A stretch of 64,000 bases of DNA from NCBI GenBank assembly GCA_010093745.1, contig MU006026.1, forward strand, positions 1 to 64,000. Direction: 5' to 3'. This stretch comes from Piedraia hortae CBS 480.64 (lineage: Eukaryota). Position 1 is the stretch's first letter; each line of letters opens with the position of its first letter. Under the pieces are notes generated by a model, which searched no databases, was not told the DNA's origin, and was given only the letters and a program-made list of their open reading frames with translations. This document shows positions 32,345 to 43,276 of the stretch, one piece after another. The position numbers were made by a program, and so were the translations under genes.

Positions 32345-34744
32345 CTTGCGATGCTCTTGGTAGCACAGCTGAAGGCTTTATACTGGAAAGATTGAGAGGC
32401 CGCCCGCGATCTGCCGCCTGCAAGGCTGAACCTACGAACCCTCGTGGCCAAGAATATGGGTCAAAGTTTGGTCCGTCATTATGTGCCGAAGCCAGATTGC
32501 TTGTTGTAAGCTATGATGGGGCACGAGCAAATCCCAGCAAATGGCGTAGCGATTGAATGTGATGGAGGATCTTTCGTGATTCGAATGATCCAAGATCCTT
32601 GGTGATGGGTTTTGATGGAACACAGGCCAAAGCCAGTATTATAACTGCGTGGCTATCGAATTGGTAGAAACGTTGTGCCATGATAACCGACTGCCTGATT
32701 TCTCTCCACCATGAGGACAGTTGTTTAACAGTTTAGAGCAAGCTACCCAAATCACTCAAGCAGTTGTTGTCGTCTGTTGGCAGGATGAGGCTTAGAAACG
32801 CCACGCCTCCGCAAGGCTCGTTAGGCTTGAAGTTTGATACTAATGAGGAATGGTGCTTGCCAAATATTACCAATGAACAAAGGGATGCAACTGATCTCGT
32901 TTTACCAGAGTACTTTGAATTTGGAACAGAAGGACGGGAAAAGGCAGTTATTCGATGGGCAAGCAGCAAGCCAAATTCTGGGACGATTGCAGCAGAAAGA
33001 CAGGTCGGCGTGGCGATTTCAGTCAATGCTTCATTTCAGCCTTGGTGGTGGCTTGGACCATGGATCTGCTCAGCGTGGTCGAAAATCCTCAAAAGCACTT
33101 CAGATTTACGTTCATTCTCGAATAACCTCCAGATATTATGTTGCGTTGATGAGCTCGCTGGGACTGAGTATGTAGTTTACTCTCAAGGTTCCAGAGAGAC
33201 AAAACCTTCATGAGAAAACGCCGTCGCCTTGTTGCTGACCAATTTCTTTGCAAAGCCTGGACCGCAGTCACTGTTAATGCCTCTCTGGCAAGAGTACGCT
33301 GTGCTCATCCAGAAGCTGGCACCAAGCCATACGTGACGCGATGTTTTAAAGGATGCATGGGTGCCTTTATTCTCACGACTTCGGTGCTTGACAATTTATC
33401 GCGTCTTGAAGAAGTACTAGGGGATAAACGATGCCCCTGCACATTTTCTCGCCACTGCAGGGGTTTTTTTTTCGAGCATCTGTTGGTTCATTTGTACATG
33501 TCAAGCAGTCAAAGCTCAGGGTGAAATCATGCAACCTGTCCAATAAGTGGTACGTGTTGTGATCTTGAAACGTGTCTGGAACGTGTTGGCACCATGACAA
33601 AATCATGGGACGTATCTGGTGCGTGTTTACACCATATCAAAAACGCAGAACGTGTTCAAAATGCTTGTGTCTGGGGCGTGTCAGGACCATATTTGATGGT
33701 AGAGTTTTATGTTTGTTTGGTTCAAAAACGGGATTCCGGGATAGAGTACGCAAATCTGTAAACAATTCTTGCCTGTGGGATTGCTTCCAACGTCGTTTGA
33801 TTGTCAAGATTGGCTGGGGTGTGTACATGTCTAGACGCAGCTATGCCCTTTCCTCATGATATGGTTGGAAGGAGAGGATTGGGAACCTATAAATGTCATA
33901 ATTGTCTTCTGCTTGGATTCCCATGACTCTCATCGGGCTGCTTTCTCTGCAGACAACGTGTCACAACCCCGAAGACCATCTGGGAACAATATCATGACCT
34001 CGTAGGATATTCGACGGTCTCTCATCAAAAAGAAAACAACACACGAAACATAATGAGACCCATCTGAGGACTGTGACATACGCAACGTGAACAAGACATG
34101 AGAAGCCAATCGACGTCAGTTTGTGAAACAGATACTTTACAGTCTATGTAGCGATCGTATGGTCTTCTACAACGAAGCGATTGCATCGCAGCAATAGGAA
34201 GGTCTCCCATGATCTACGCCCCCGACGCACCTCTACCTACGACACCCAAGAAGGACCGCCAGGCCCTAACACAAACAAAATCAGACACGAGTGTTTTGCT
34301 CCCTGCCAGAAACAACGACGATCACATGGAACCCTGGAACGTACTGCACATCTTTGGTTCAAAAGTGACTTTGTCTCCTTTGATGCTTTCGACCGTAATG
34401 TAGCATGTGCCTTCAATACAAGCCTCTTGCTCCATTGGTACTTTCAGGATTATGCGCTCTGCTTGAATCCGGCCTGGGTATAGTCGTTGATGATATGGCA
34501 CTCTGAGCCATTATTGTAAAGCCAGCTTGAATGCTATTGGATCCGAGGCGACGAAAGACGTTATGTGCGTGATGATAGCAGTGGATACTGTCTTCGCACA
34601 CCGGCGGATGGCGTATGGAGAGCGTGTTCGCAGGTTATCAACCTATTCGTCCTCTAAGACATGAAGTCAGGGTACAAAAGGTGTGTGTAACTGTTTACGT
34701 CTCTACGTGCTAAGAGCTAACGCAACGTTTTCCACAGACCCGCA

Positions 34745-35075
34745 CTTGGCCGGCGTTTACGGGCATCTTCCAGCTCCCCGAAGGTGCGCTGGAGGGCTTC
34801 CTCCAGAACCCCCCATTGTTGTAGGAGGTGAGGGTTGGTTGGCAGCGTGCGCACAAATCAGTCACGAGCGGGATCCCTGAGCTGGTTGGCCGCATACGCG
34901 CACTTGATCCGGTGATTCTTTAGATCACTATACAATAGCTCCTTCAGCTGTACATGAGTGAGGAAAGCCGAGAGATCCTTGGCCCTTCCACTGAAGGTCT
35001 GCCCCGTCGAGGAGTCCACAGTGTAATCGTAGTCCTTAGAGTCCAGTTCCATTTTGGTGCCCATACTTGCGAACC
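34745..35075 (-). mobile_element. Ty3/gypsy gag (Retrotrans_gag) relic
   Basis: TFSGRAKDLSAFL...KCAYAANQLRDPARD*FVRTLPTNPHLLQQWGVLEEALQRTFGE matches the F.G...FL...K..YA...L...A..W...W...L...FG capsid pattern. The conserved W is a TGA stop. No pol follows. Confidence 0.7.
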
Positions 35076-36472
35076 CGGGATGGTCGTCGCCGGAGTCAGA
35101 GTCCTCTTCGTCCGATGGTTGAGTGTTGGGCCAAAATCCGGCTGCCGCGCGCTCCTCCAATGGTGTGTGAGGAGAGTGCACCTCGGAGCGCAAGTGGATG
35201 CCAGATGGGGGTGTAGTACGCGAGGGGCGAGCGGTATCCTGTGGGTCCAGACCGCATTTGCCGAGACCACGCGATGACGTGATCTCATCACAGGGGAAAA
35301 CTCCTCTACGAGGCAGAAAACCCTGCGAAGCCTCGGGCGTTCTAACTTCACCGATTTGATTCATCTGACGCAGGGCTCACCGTGCTATCCTTCCCATCTC
35401 GTGCTGTCCACGGGATAGCTATCCACGCCTCGAATGAGCAGAGCTCCCTGTTGGTCGGGGTGCTGCGGTGCGAGACATATTCTGCGAGACGTATTCTGCG
35501 GGGACTTTGGGCGATTATTCCCCGTAAGTTCGAAGAGGCTGGCTGCGATCTTTGTGAACCCGGACACAAAGTGTCGCAAATAGCCTGCATCATGGAGGAA
35601 ACTGCGCACGCAACTCGGTGACTGTTGTGGGGTCTGGTCATTGCATTAATAAATTTGTTGATCGAAGATATTGCTGCGGCCTCGTTCAAAGTGACGTCTG
35701 CTCGTCCCAAGATCGGGAAAGTCTGTCGTCTTTCGTCATGTGTCTTGGTGGGCAGCGGTGATGGGTGGGCACTCGGCAGAATGTTCCCTGTACTGCTGGA
35801 AAGTTGGCTTTTGTAGCTTGACCGTTGTGGTATGCTCATGATAACCCTATCAATTCCTGCCTTAGCTTCTACCAGGGGAATTGCATATTTTTGGCTTAGA
35901 TGGCGAAAGCTTCGAATGTTCGTGTGTTCTTTCCATCTTGTCGTCGGATCCAATCGGTTCGACATTTTGAACCTGGCCCCTTAGCACGAGGGCATTTGAC
36001 GAGCTGGCCGTAGAATTTTGACCACGCTCAGGGTTGTGTCTGGCACAGCAGCGCATCCAAACAGAATCATCAAAGATAATTCTACACAACCCAGGGTTTC
36101 CCAGACTTTCTGAATTCCTCTCCATAAGTATGGCCGCCTCGCCTTCTCTGCCATGGGAGTTATAGTGAGAGTGATAATGCCCACTCTCGTTAGTTATGTT
36201 GTGTTCTGCATGGTAAAGCAGTGCATGCTCGACCCAGGTTACAGTCGGACGCAGGCATTCACTGGAAAATCAGACGTGCCATGACACCTAAGATACATTG
36301 CACCAGAAGCCGTCAGCCAGGGTGGTTACCCAGTTCAAAGGTAGCGAGAAGTGGGCGCGAAGAAAACGAAATTGCGCGGAGAAATACCATAGCTGGGTGT
36401 GTCTTGGCACATGCCTGAGGCACACCACAACCTCACCTCAACTCTCCCAACCCTCCACACAGCCCAACAAGA

Positions 36473-37753
36473 ATGTCCAACAAAGGCCCCTTCCCAACAG
36501 AACCTGAACTCTTCCCCTCAGACCCCCGAATCTGCTACTCGGCCGAAACATCAACGTACAAACTCCGCGCAGCGGACGGGAGCGAATGGGAATGGGTGCC
36601 GAAAGCGGGTAAATGGATGCCAACGGTATGATTGCGAACAACCAACTGCGGAGATGAGCCGAGAGTGGAGAGTTTCATAAAACGGGCTCCTAACTTTGTT
36701 TTCTGCAAAAGACGGATGAGGCCGAAATTGAGAGACAGCGGTCGGTTTACAAGGTTGAGGGCGTGGATGATGATGAGGCGCCCGCGGGGAGAAAGCGGAA
36801 AGCTGTTTCTGTGGGTTTTTATACCGTTCTTGTGTGGGGGAGGGGAGAACGCTAATGTAGGACAGGCTGAAGAGAATGACGGCGAGGCCAAGAAGCCAAA
36901 GGCTGCAGAAAGGGAAAAGGTGAATAAAGCTATCTATGTGACGGGTCTGCCAGACGATGTGGACGCCAATGAGGTGTTTGAGGAGTTTTCCAAGAGTGGC
37001 CTCATTGCTCGCAGCCTGGATACGGACGAACCGCGCATCAAGCTCTACTATGACGACGAGGGACGGTTCAAAGGCGAGGCTTTGATTGGTGAGTCGGCTC
37101 TATCACACTGGGTTGAGCTAACGAGAAAAGTCTTCTTCCGCCCAGAGTCGATCCCACTGGCGATTCAGCGGTTCGACGATACGGATTTCCGTCTGGGACA
37201 GCCGGCGGCCAAGGGTAAGATGAGAGTCACGATGGCCGACCAGAGCTACAAGGCTCACAAAGATCCGGCGGCGGACGTTAAGACAGCACCCGTCAAGCGC
37301 TCCAAGGACAAGCAGCGTGTGATTGACAAGACAAAGGAGATGAACAGCCGTCTCGCAGACTGGAGCGACGAGGACGATAACCCGTCTGCCATGCCCACGT
37401 CATCACGGTGGGATAAGGTCGTCGTGCTGCGACACATGTTCACGCTCGAGGAAATGGAGCAGGACGCAGAGTTCCTGTCGGAGCTCAAGGAAGATCTAAT
37501 GGAGGAGTGCGGGAAGCTGGGCAAGGTTGCCAACGTCACGGTCTTTGACAAGGAGGAGGACGGCGTTGTAACGGTCAGGTTCAGCAAGGCCGAGGCGGCG
37601 CAGGCGTGTGTCGAGCTCATGCATGGCCGGTGGTATGATAAGAGGCAGATCCAGGCGACCATCGCCGACGGAACGGAAAGGTTCCAGAAGACGTGGAAGG
37701 ACAAGGGGAGCGCGGATGAGCGGCTGGAAGCGTTCACACGGGGGTTGGAGTAA
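36473..37753 (+). CDS. CUS2: U2 snRNP-associated RRM/UHM protein Cus2/Tat-SF1 (introns from 36626, ~36810 and 37089-37130)
   Basis: RRM1 AIYVTGLP...PRIKLY...FKGEALIVF, LADWSD, and UHM KVVVLRHMFTLEE...ECGKLG...GVVTVRF...MHGRWYD. GT-AG introns with CTAAC/CTAAT branch sites join the N-terminal exons. Confidence 0.88.
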
Positions 37754-37852
37754 AATGCGGGGTATGCAGGGTCCATAGCAACGGAACGATTCCGCATAAG
37801 CGTAAGCGTTCGCCGGTACCAGAAAGTGATTTCACCAACTGTAGAACATACA

Positions 37853-39829
37853 ATGAACGGACCGCCACGAGTGAGGAACAAGGCGCCGGCGCCGGTGCAA
37901 ATCAGCGCGGAGCAGCTGCTGCGCGAGGCGGTAGACCGCCAGGAACCGGCCTTAACCGCCCCGGCGCAGCGGTTTGCGGATCTCGAGGAGCTGCACGAGT
38001 ACCAAGCACGGAAGCGCAAAGAGTTTGAGAGCCATGTCTGTCGCAACCGGGTGAACATCGGCAACTGGACACGTTATGCGACGTGGGAATGGGAGCAGAA
38101 GAACTTCGCGCACGCCCGCAGCGTTTTTGAGCGCGCGCTGGACGTGGACGGCGCAAATGTCTCGCTCTGGCTGCGGTACATCGATACGGAGCTCAAGGGC
38201 GGCAACATCCAGCATGCGCGCAACCTCCTGGATCGCGCGACTACCATCCTCCCACGCGTGGACAAGTTGTGGTACAAATACGTTTATGTGCAGGAGATGC
38301 TGGGCGAGGTTGCGGCGGCGCGGGAGGTGTTTGAGCGATGGATGGGCTGGGAGCCGGATGAGGCCGCCTGGGCGGCGTATATCAAGATGGAGAAGCGGTA
38401 CGGCGAGCTGGACCGCGCGCGCAACATCTTCGAGAGGTTCACCGTAGTCCATCCTGAGGCGAGGAACTGGATCAAATGGGCGCGGTTTGAAGAAGAAAAC
38501 GGGACGGCAGACGCCGTACGTGAGGTGTTCGGCGCTGGCATCGCAACATTAGGCGAGGAATTCATGGACGAGAAACTCTTCATCGCATACGCCGCGTTCG
38601 AAGCGCGACTATACGAGTACGAGCGGGCACGAGAAATCTACAAATTCGCACTCAACCGCATGCCGCGGAGCAAGAGCACCCTGCTACACACCCAATACAC
38701 CAAATTCGAGAAACAATTCGGCGACGAGGCGGGCGTGGAAGATGTAGTCCTCGCGAAACGACGTCTCCTCTACGAAGACGAAGTCTCCTCTAACCCCGAA
38801 AACTACGACGCCTGGTTCGATTTAGCCAAGCTAGAAGAGGCCTCCCCATCGTCGACCGAAACCCAAGTCCGAGAAGTGTACGAACGCGCGGTAGCAAATG
38901 TACCCAAAACCAACGAAAAGCGACACTGGAGACGGTACATCTACCTCTGGCTCTTCTATGCGATATGGGAAGAACTCACCTGCAACAATCCCACACGTGC
39001 CCTAAAAATCTACACAACCGCCCTCTCCCAGCTTCCCAAAACGTTCACCTCAACAAAACTCCTCACCCTCAAATCGCACTGCCACGCGCGTCAGCACGAC
39101 CCTACCTCCGCGCGAGCGACCCTCTCGGAGGCTATATCCTCCTTCCCCGAAAAGACCTCCCTCCGCCGGGCTTTAATCACCCTCGAACGCAAACTCTTCG
39201 AATACACCCACTGCCGGGAGGCATTCACAAACTGGCTAACCCACACCCCCACAAACTCCACAGCATACGCCTCCTTCGCGGAGCTAGAAGCCCAGCTCGG
39301 CGAAGTCGACCGTGCGCGGGCGATTTACGAAATCGGGATTTCCATTCCTGACCTAGATATGCCGGAGGTGCTGTGGAAGAGGTATATTGACTTCGAATGC
39401 GAGGTTTCGTTACCCACCCATCCGGAGCGGGCGAGGGGGCTGTACACCCGTCTTCTGGAGAAGACGCATCATCCGAAGGTTTGGATTGCGTTTGCGATGT
39501 TTGAGGTTTCGGTTGGGGAGGTTGATGCTGCGCGGGGGGTTTTTGGGAGGGGGAAGGAGAGGTTAGAGAGGGATGGGGAGGTGGACGAGAGGGTTATGCT
39601 TCTTCAGGCATGGCTGGAGTTTGAGAACGTGCATGGAAGTGAGGAGGAGAAGGGAAAAGTGGAGAGGGAACAGCCGGTTAGGGTTAAGAAGAGGAGGAGG
39701 TTGGAGGATGGGTCGTTTGAGGAGTATATGGATTGGGCGTTCCCCGAGGCGGAGGGGAAGGAGAAGAAGGGCCTGAGTAAACTGTTGGCGTTGACGGAAA
39801 AGTGGAAGAGGGGGGAGAGTGATCCGTAA
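37853..39829 (+). CDS. CLF1: Pre-mRNA splicing factor Clf1/Syf3 (crooked neck, HAT repeats)
   Basis: [72 protein letters not shown] and [12 protein letters not shown]. Confidence 0.96.
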   Translation: MNGPPRVRNKAPAPVQISAEQLLREAVDRQEPALTAPAQRFADLEELHEYQARKRKEFESHVCRNRVNIGNWTRYATWEWEQKNFAHARSVFERALDVDGANVSLWLRYIDTELKGGNIQHARNLLDRATTILPRVDKLWYKYVYVQEMLGEVAAAREVFERWMGWEPDEAAWAAYIKMEKRYGELDRARNIFERFTVVHPEARNWIKWARFEEENGTADAVREVFGAGIATLGEEFMDEKLFIAYAAFEARLYEYERAREIYKFALNRMPRSKSTLLHTQYTKFEKQFGDEAGVEDVVLAKRRLLYEDEVSSNPENYDAWFDLAKLEEASPSSTETQVREVYERAVANVPKTNEKRHWRRYIYLWLFYAIWEELTCNNPTRALKIYTTALSQLPKTFTSTKLLTLKSHCHARQHDPTSARATLSEAISSFPEKTSLRRALITLERKLFEYTHCREAFTNWLTHTPTNSTAYASFAELEAQLGEVDRARAIYEIGISIPDLDMPEVLWKRYIDFECEVSLPTHPERARGLYTRLLEKTHHPKVWIAFAMFEVSVGEVDAARGVFGRGKERLERDGEVDERVMLLQAWLEFENVHGSEEEKGKVEREQPVRVKKRRRLEDGSFEEYMDWAFPEAEGKEKKGLSKLLALTEKWKRGESDP

Positions 39830-39887
39830 GTGTGGTTGTATCTGTGTACGCATAACTGCATGAACCTCCCATTGTTAGAGCGTGGAT

Positions 39888-40496
39888 TTATTTGAATTTA
39901 GGCAACCCCTTCCTCCTCCTCCTCCCCCCCTCCTCCTTATCCTTATCCCTCTCCTTCTCCTTCTTCTCCCCAAACGGAAACTTCCCCACCCTCTTATCCA
40001 TCCCTGTCCTCTTCGAAACATGACCCTTATCCCACCCAAACAGCAGAATCCAAACCCCAAACGCGAAGCAACAAGCATTAAGCACCAACCCCATCGTAAA
40101 CCCAAAATTCATTCTCGCGACGAATTGCATGTACAAGTAAAACGTACTTGAAAAGAAGTACGCCGTCGTCAGGAGAGCGGTAGGGTAGCTGATTCCGTTG
40201 CCTCCGGTGGTGCGGGGAGGGGTCCCTACATCAGTTGCTGCAACGGATTGAGAAGTCCGCACGGGTGGTTGGTCCCCTTGGTCAGTTAGGATCCCGGAGA
40301 CGATGATGCTCATTCCTGCGAGGGCGGCGAGGGTTAGACCTAGACTGCGGGAGAGGTAGACTTCGAGGTCCGTGGAGCGGCGCGGTTCCAGGGCTAAGAG
40401 GGTTGTGATCAACCGAGGGGTTATGAGCGTGGGGAGGGATTGGAGGGTCAGCCATGCTGCGGTTGTGAGGTGGTAGATTTGGGGTGCGGTGGGCAT
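39888..40496 (-). CDS. Conserved-type fungal membrane protein (about 4 TM segments)
   Basis: 202-aa ORF with four hydrophobic segments and a charged tail (HVSKRTGMDKRVGKFPF). Convergent with CLF1. Confidence 0.75.
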   Translation of the reverse strand: MPTAPQIYHLTTAAWLTLQSLPTLITPRLITTLLALEPRRSTDLEVYLSRSLGLTLAALAGMSIIVSGILTDQGDQPPVRTSQSVAATDVGTPPRTTGGNGISYPTALLTTAYFFSSTFYLYMQFVARMNFGFTMGLVLNACCFAFGVWILLFGWDKGHVSKRTGMDKRVGKFPFGEKKEKERDKDKEEGGRRRRKGLPKFK

Positions 40497-40648
40497 GTTT
40501 GGTGAGTTGGAGGGATGTTGTTTGCGGAGGCGGATGAAAGGGTTACGTCATGGAGCTGTCAATGCCAAGAAGGACACGGGATAGAGTTTGCGAATAGCTT
40601 GGATAATGCTTCTTGTCATCGATCAACTCTGTATTACTCCTACACGCT

Positions 40649-41898
40649 TCAATTCCCCTGAGCCATCTCCTTCTTCTTCGCCAACTCCCTTTCAGCCCTC
40701 AACCGCTCAAACGTCGCCATCTGCGCATCGACGAGATTGTCGTACGGATCCATTTCTCCGTCGACAGCCATGCCCTTAGTTGGCTCCGGCGGCGAGGACG
40801 CGACCCTTGGAGGACTAACGGGCGGCGGACGCGGCGGTTTGATCCGGCACTTTTGCGCCTTTTTAGGCACCTCTTCGTCCTTTGTCTGCTGCGAAATCAT
40901 GGCGTCTAGGAGGATTTCCTTTTCGAGCCATTCCTGTCGCTTCTCGTGCTCGAGCAGATCGATCTGCTGCTTCAATCGTTCGTGTTCCGTCTGAGCATAG
41001 TGTAGCTGCCGCTCGAGAACCTGGAGGAGGATATGTGCAGGGAGGTTCGACTCGCGCGGTTCGAACTTGATATCAGGCGGATAGTGGATCATGAATCCAG
41101 CCTGCTGGGTTACGGGATGACGGGCAGGGACATATGTTATATTGTCGTTGGCCGGTGAAGGCGTAACTGGGTTGCCGTCCTCGTCCTCGGTTGGGCCCAG
41201 AGCAGCGTCCGGCACCGAGTTCTTGAGCTGCAGCTTGGCGCCCTTCTTAGGCGGCGACGCTGCCCCTCCACGCGGCTGCTCCGGCTCATGCACGGTGCGC
41301 ATGTGCTTGGAGAGGGCGTCGCTGCGGGTGAATGACCTGTCGCATTCTGGGCGATCAGCCTCTACGCTTGCTTAAGGGATGGACTAAACTCACCAGGCAA
41401 ATCGCAGTAATATGGCTTTTCCTTGGTATGACTCCTCATGTGCGCCTTCAGGGCGTAGCCGCTGGGATGGACGGCGTTCTTCTTCTGGCACTCGCCCCAT
41501 TCGCAGAGAAACTTGGCCTTTTTAACTCCGTTGGCAGCACAGTGGGTCGACTGAACGTGCTTGACAAGCTCGTCGTTGTTATCGGCCTCGCCAAACGGAC
41601 AGTCGCGCCAGAGGCAGCGCGTCTGAGCTTCGTCGCGCAGAGCCCATTCGTCGGGCGCGTTGGCCTCGTCAGGTCCATCTGACCAGCCATCTTCAGTCGG
41701 CGCGTCGCCTTCGTCAGCTGGCTGCGACGACGGCGGCCGTTCGACGGAAAAGGCCAGCGATGATGGCCCCGTCTTGCGCTTCTTGGCCGGCGGCGCGTGG
41801 CCGTCGCGGGGCTTGGGAACCATCAAGTGCCCGTCGTGTTCGTGCTCGGAGTCTGAAGGCGGTTCGCTCAGGTCGGAAATGTCCGAAGATTCTGCCAT
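40649..41898 (-). CDS. IEC1: GLI-like C2H2 zinc-finger protein, INO80 subunit Iec1-like (intron 41393-41347)
   Basis: Three fingers: CLWRDC..HVQSTH, CEWGEC..HPSGYALKAHMRSHTKEKPYYC, and, after splicing, LPECDRSFTRSDALSKHMRTVH. C-terminal coiled coil W.EKEILLD. Confidence 0.82.
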
Positions 41899-41982
41899 TT
41901 TGGGCGGCTGATAGAGCTGTGAATGGCCCTGGGTGTGCTGTTCTGTGCCAACCAGATGTGGTTGCATGTGGGCCGACGGCAC

Positions 41983-42018
41983 GTCACGTCCGTCACATCC
42001 GTCACATCCGTCACATCC
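41983..42018. repeat. 4 x 9-bp tandem GTCACATCC in the divergent promoter (Homol-D-like CCGTCACA)
   Basis: GTCACGTCC GTCACATCC GTCACATCC GTCACATCC lies between the IEC1 ATG and the snoRNA host intron. Confidence 0.8.
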
Positions 42019-42086
42019 AACGACAGCTCCAACATCACCCCACACATCACCAACACACATCATCCCTCGCTTTCCAGCCCGATGCC

Positions 42087-42252
42087 GTAAGTCTCCCCCT
42101 ACCAACCCTCTGAAAGATGAACAAGAGAATTCTGCAATGCCAACCGTCCATTGGTGGACTGAATGCGGATGAATTAACCAAAACTACACTTGATCTGACA
42201 CCTTACATTAACAACAAGCCATTCATATCGGGAACTGTGCTGACTTTGGCAG
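42087..42252 (+). other. Spliceosomal intron of a non-coding snoRNA host transcript
   Basis: Perfect GTAAGT donor at 42087, GCTGAC branch at 42239 and CAG acceptor at 42252. It is 166 nt, about three times the local intron size. No coding exon flanks it. Confidence 0.75.
42111..42200 (+). ncRNA. Box C/D guide RNA, predicted targets U2 snRNA A30-equivalent and 5.8S rRNA G75-equivalent
   Basis: Box C aaGATGA (42114-20), D' CCAA (42140-43), C' cgGATGA (42166-72) and D CTGA (42195-98). ACTACACTTGAT (42183-94) is the exact complement of U2 AUCAAGUGUAGU. GAATTCTGCAAT (42127-38) is the exact complement of fungal 5.8S AUUGCAGAAUUC. The D+5 rule hits known methylation positions in both. Confidence 0.88.
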
Positions 42253-42283
42253 CCTTGTAGAACGCTGGAAATGCTTGGTGCTC

Positions 42284-42718
42284 TATTGCAATCTGAAAAA
42301 CGACAAATGAGCCACTAGCGATTCTTGTGCTGTACAGCAATGACTATCTGCCATCCGCCCATGAACGTCCTCGGCGCGTAGCGTTTTGGGTGCGAAACTG
42401 TTATCGACGCCCCGTTGGCCAGGTCGTTGCATCTGCCTGACCTGTCGAAGTGTGACTCGAGGCGTGCACTGTCGTTGAGGCCACTCTACGGTTGTTCTGG
42501 CACGTCCTCGAATTCACCCCGTAGACAACTATCCTTAAGACCCCTCAAATCTAGGCGGGAGTCAAGGGCCCCCCCTCCCCTAGACTTCCTCGTTTCGTTC
42601 GAGCTGTCTCGTTGTCGCTTCCGCCTTTGCTGATGGCTGAGGTTCGTTCTGCACTTGCGGATGCGGGATCATGGACATCGTAGTCCCTATGGCAGCGTTT
42701 TACCGCCCTTTTCCTCTC

Positions 42719-42749
<31 letters not shown>

Positions 42750-43276
42750 AGGGGGAGTCGCCACCCCGTTGGTAGAGACGTAGTGATTTTGTCTCGGGAA
42801 GGATGAAGGAAGTTATGTCGAGCCCGGCCTCAACCTTACCATAAATGCTTCGAAACCTGGCATCAGCCAACAGCTATGACACAGCAATTAGCTGCATTGT
42901 GTCGGTATAAAGTTGTTTCGTAGCATAGCCTATGGTCCCTACGAGCAGTATCTTGGCCTCCCGCACCATTGACACCCAACCGGAAATTCCTGCCTCTGGT
43001 CTCCAATCTGAAGGAGTACTGTAGCTGAGCAATCGGGCCGAAGAAATGTCGTTCTGGCGGTGGAATTCATCATTGTGTGCGGTCAGTCACTAGACCTCTG
43101 TGGCCACAGATTTACATATCAGAGGATTGTTGAGTGGAAGAGGCTTGTAGACAGGATTGTAGACAGGAACAACAATCTTTCGTCTTAAGTGTACGACAAC
43201 GGCTAGGCGCAATGTAGAATATCTGGTTAGGAAGGCGCGGCGGAGCCAACCCTGGTCGGTCGCTCCTTCCACAAAT
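42284..43276 (+). ncRNA. Candidate ~1-kb structured ncRNA with H/ACA-like 3' end
   Basis: No credible ORF. Nested long-range stems include 42329-43/43070-83, 42351-67/43050-63, 42477-83/42954-60 and 42584-603/42793-813. H-box AGAATA at 43216-21, terminal hairpin 43230-70, ACA at 43271. Confidence 0.5.
42721..42749 (+). repeat. Poly-G tract (29 nt)
   Basis: Uninterrupted G run flanked by CTTTTCCTCTCCC and AGGGGGAG. Confidence 0.9.

Noticed and set aside
41899..42105. N-terminal extension of the zinc-finger ORF (CDGCDGCDG)
   Set aside because: Produced by the 9-bp promoter repeat and a non-ATG start; MAESSDISD at 41898 is the more plausible start.
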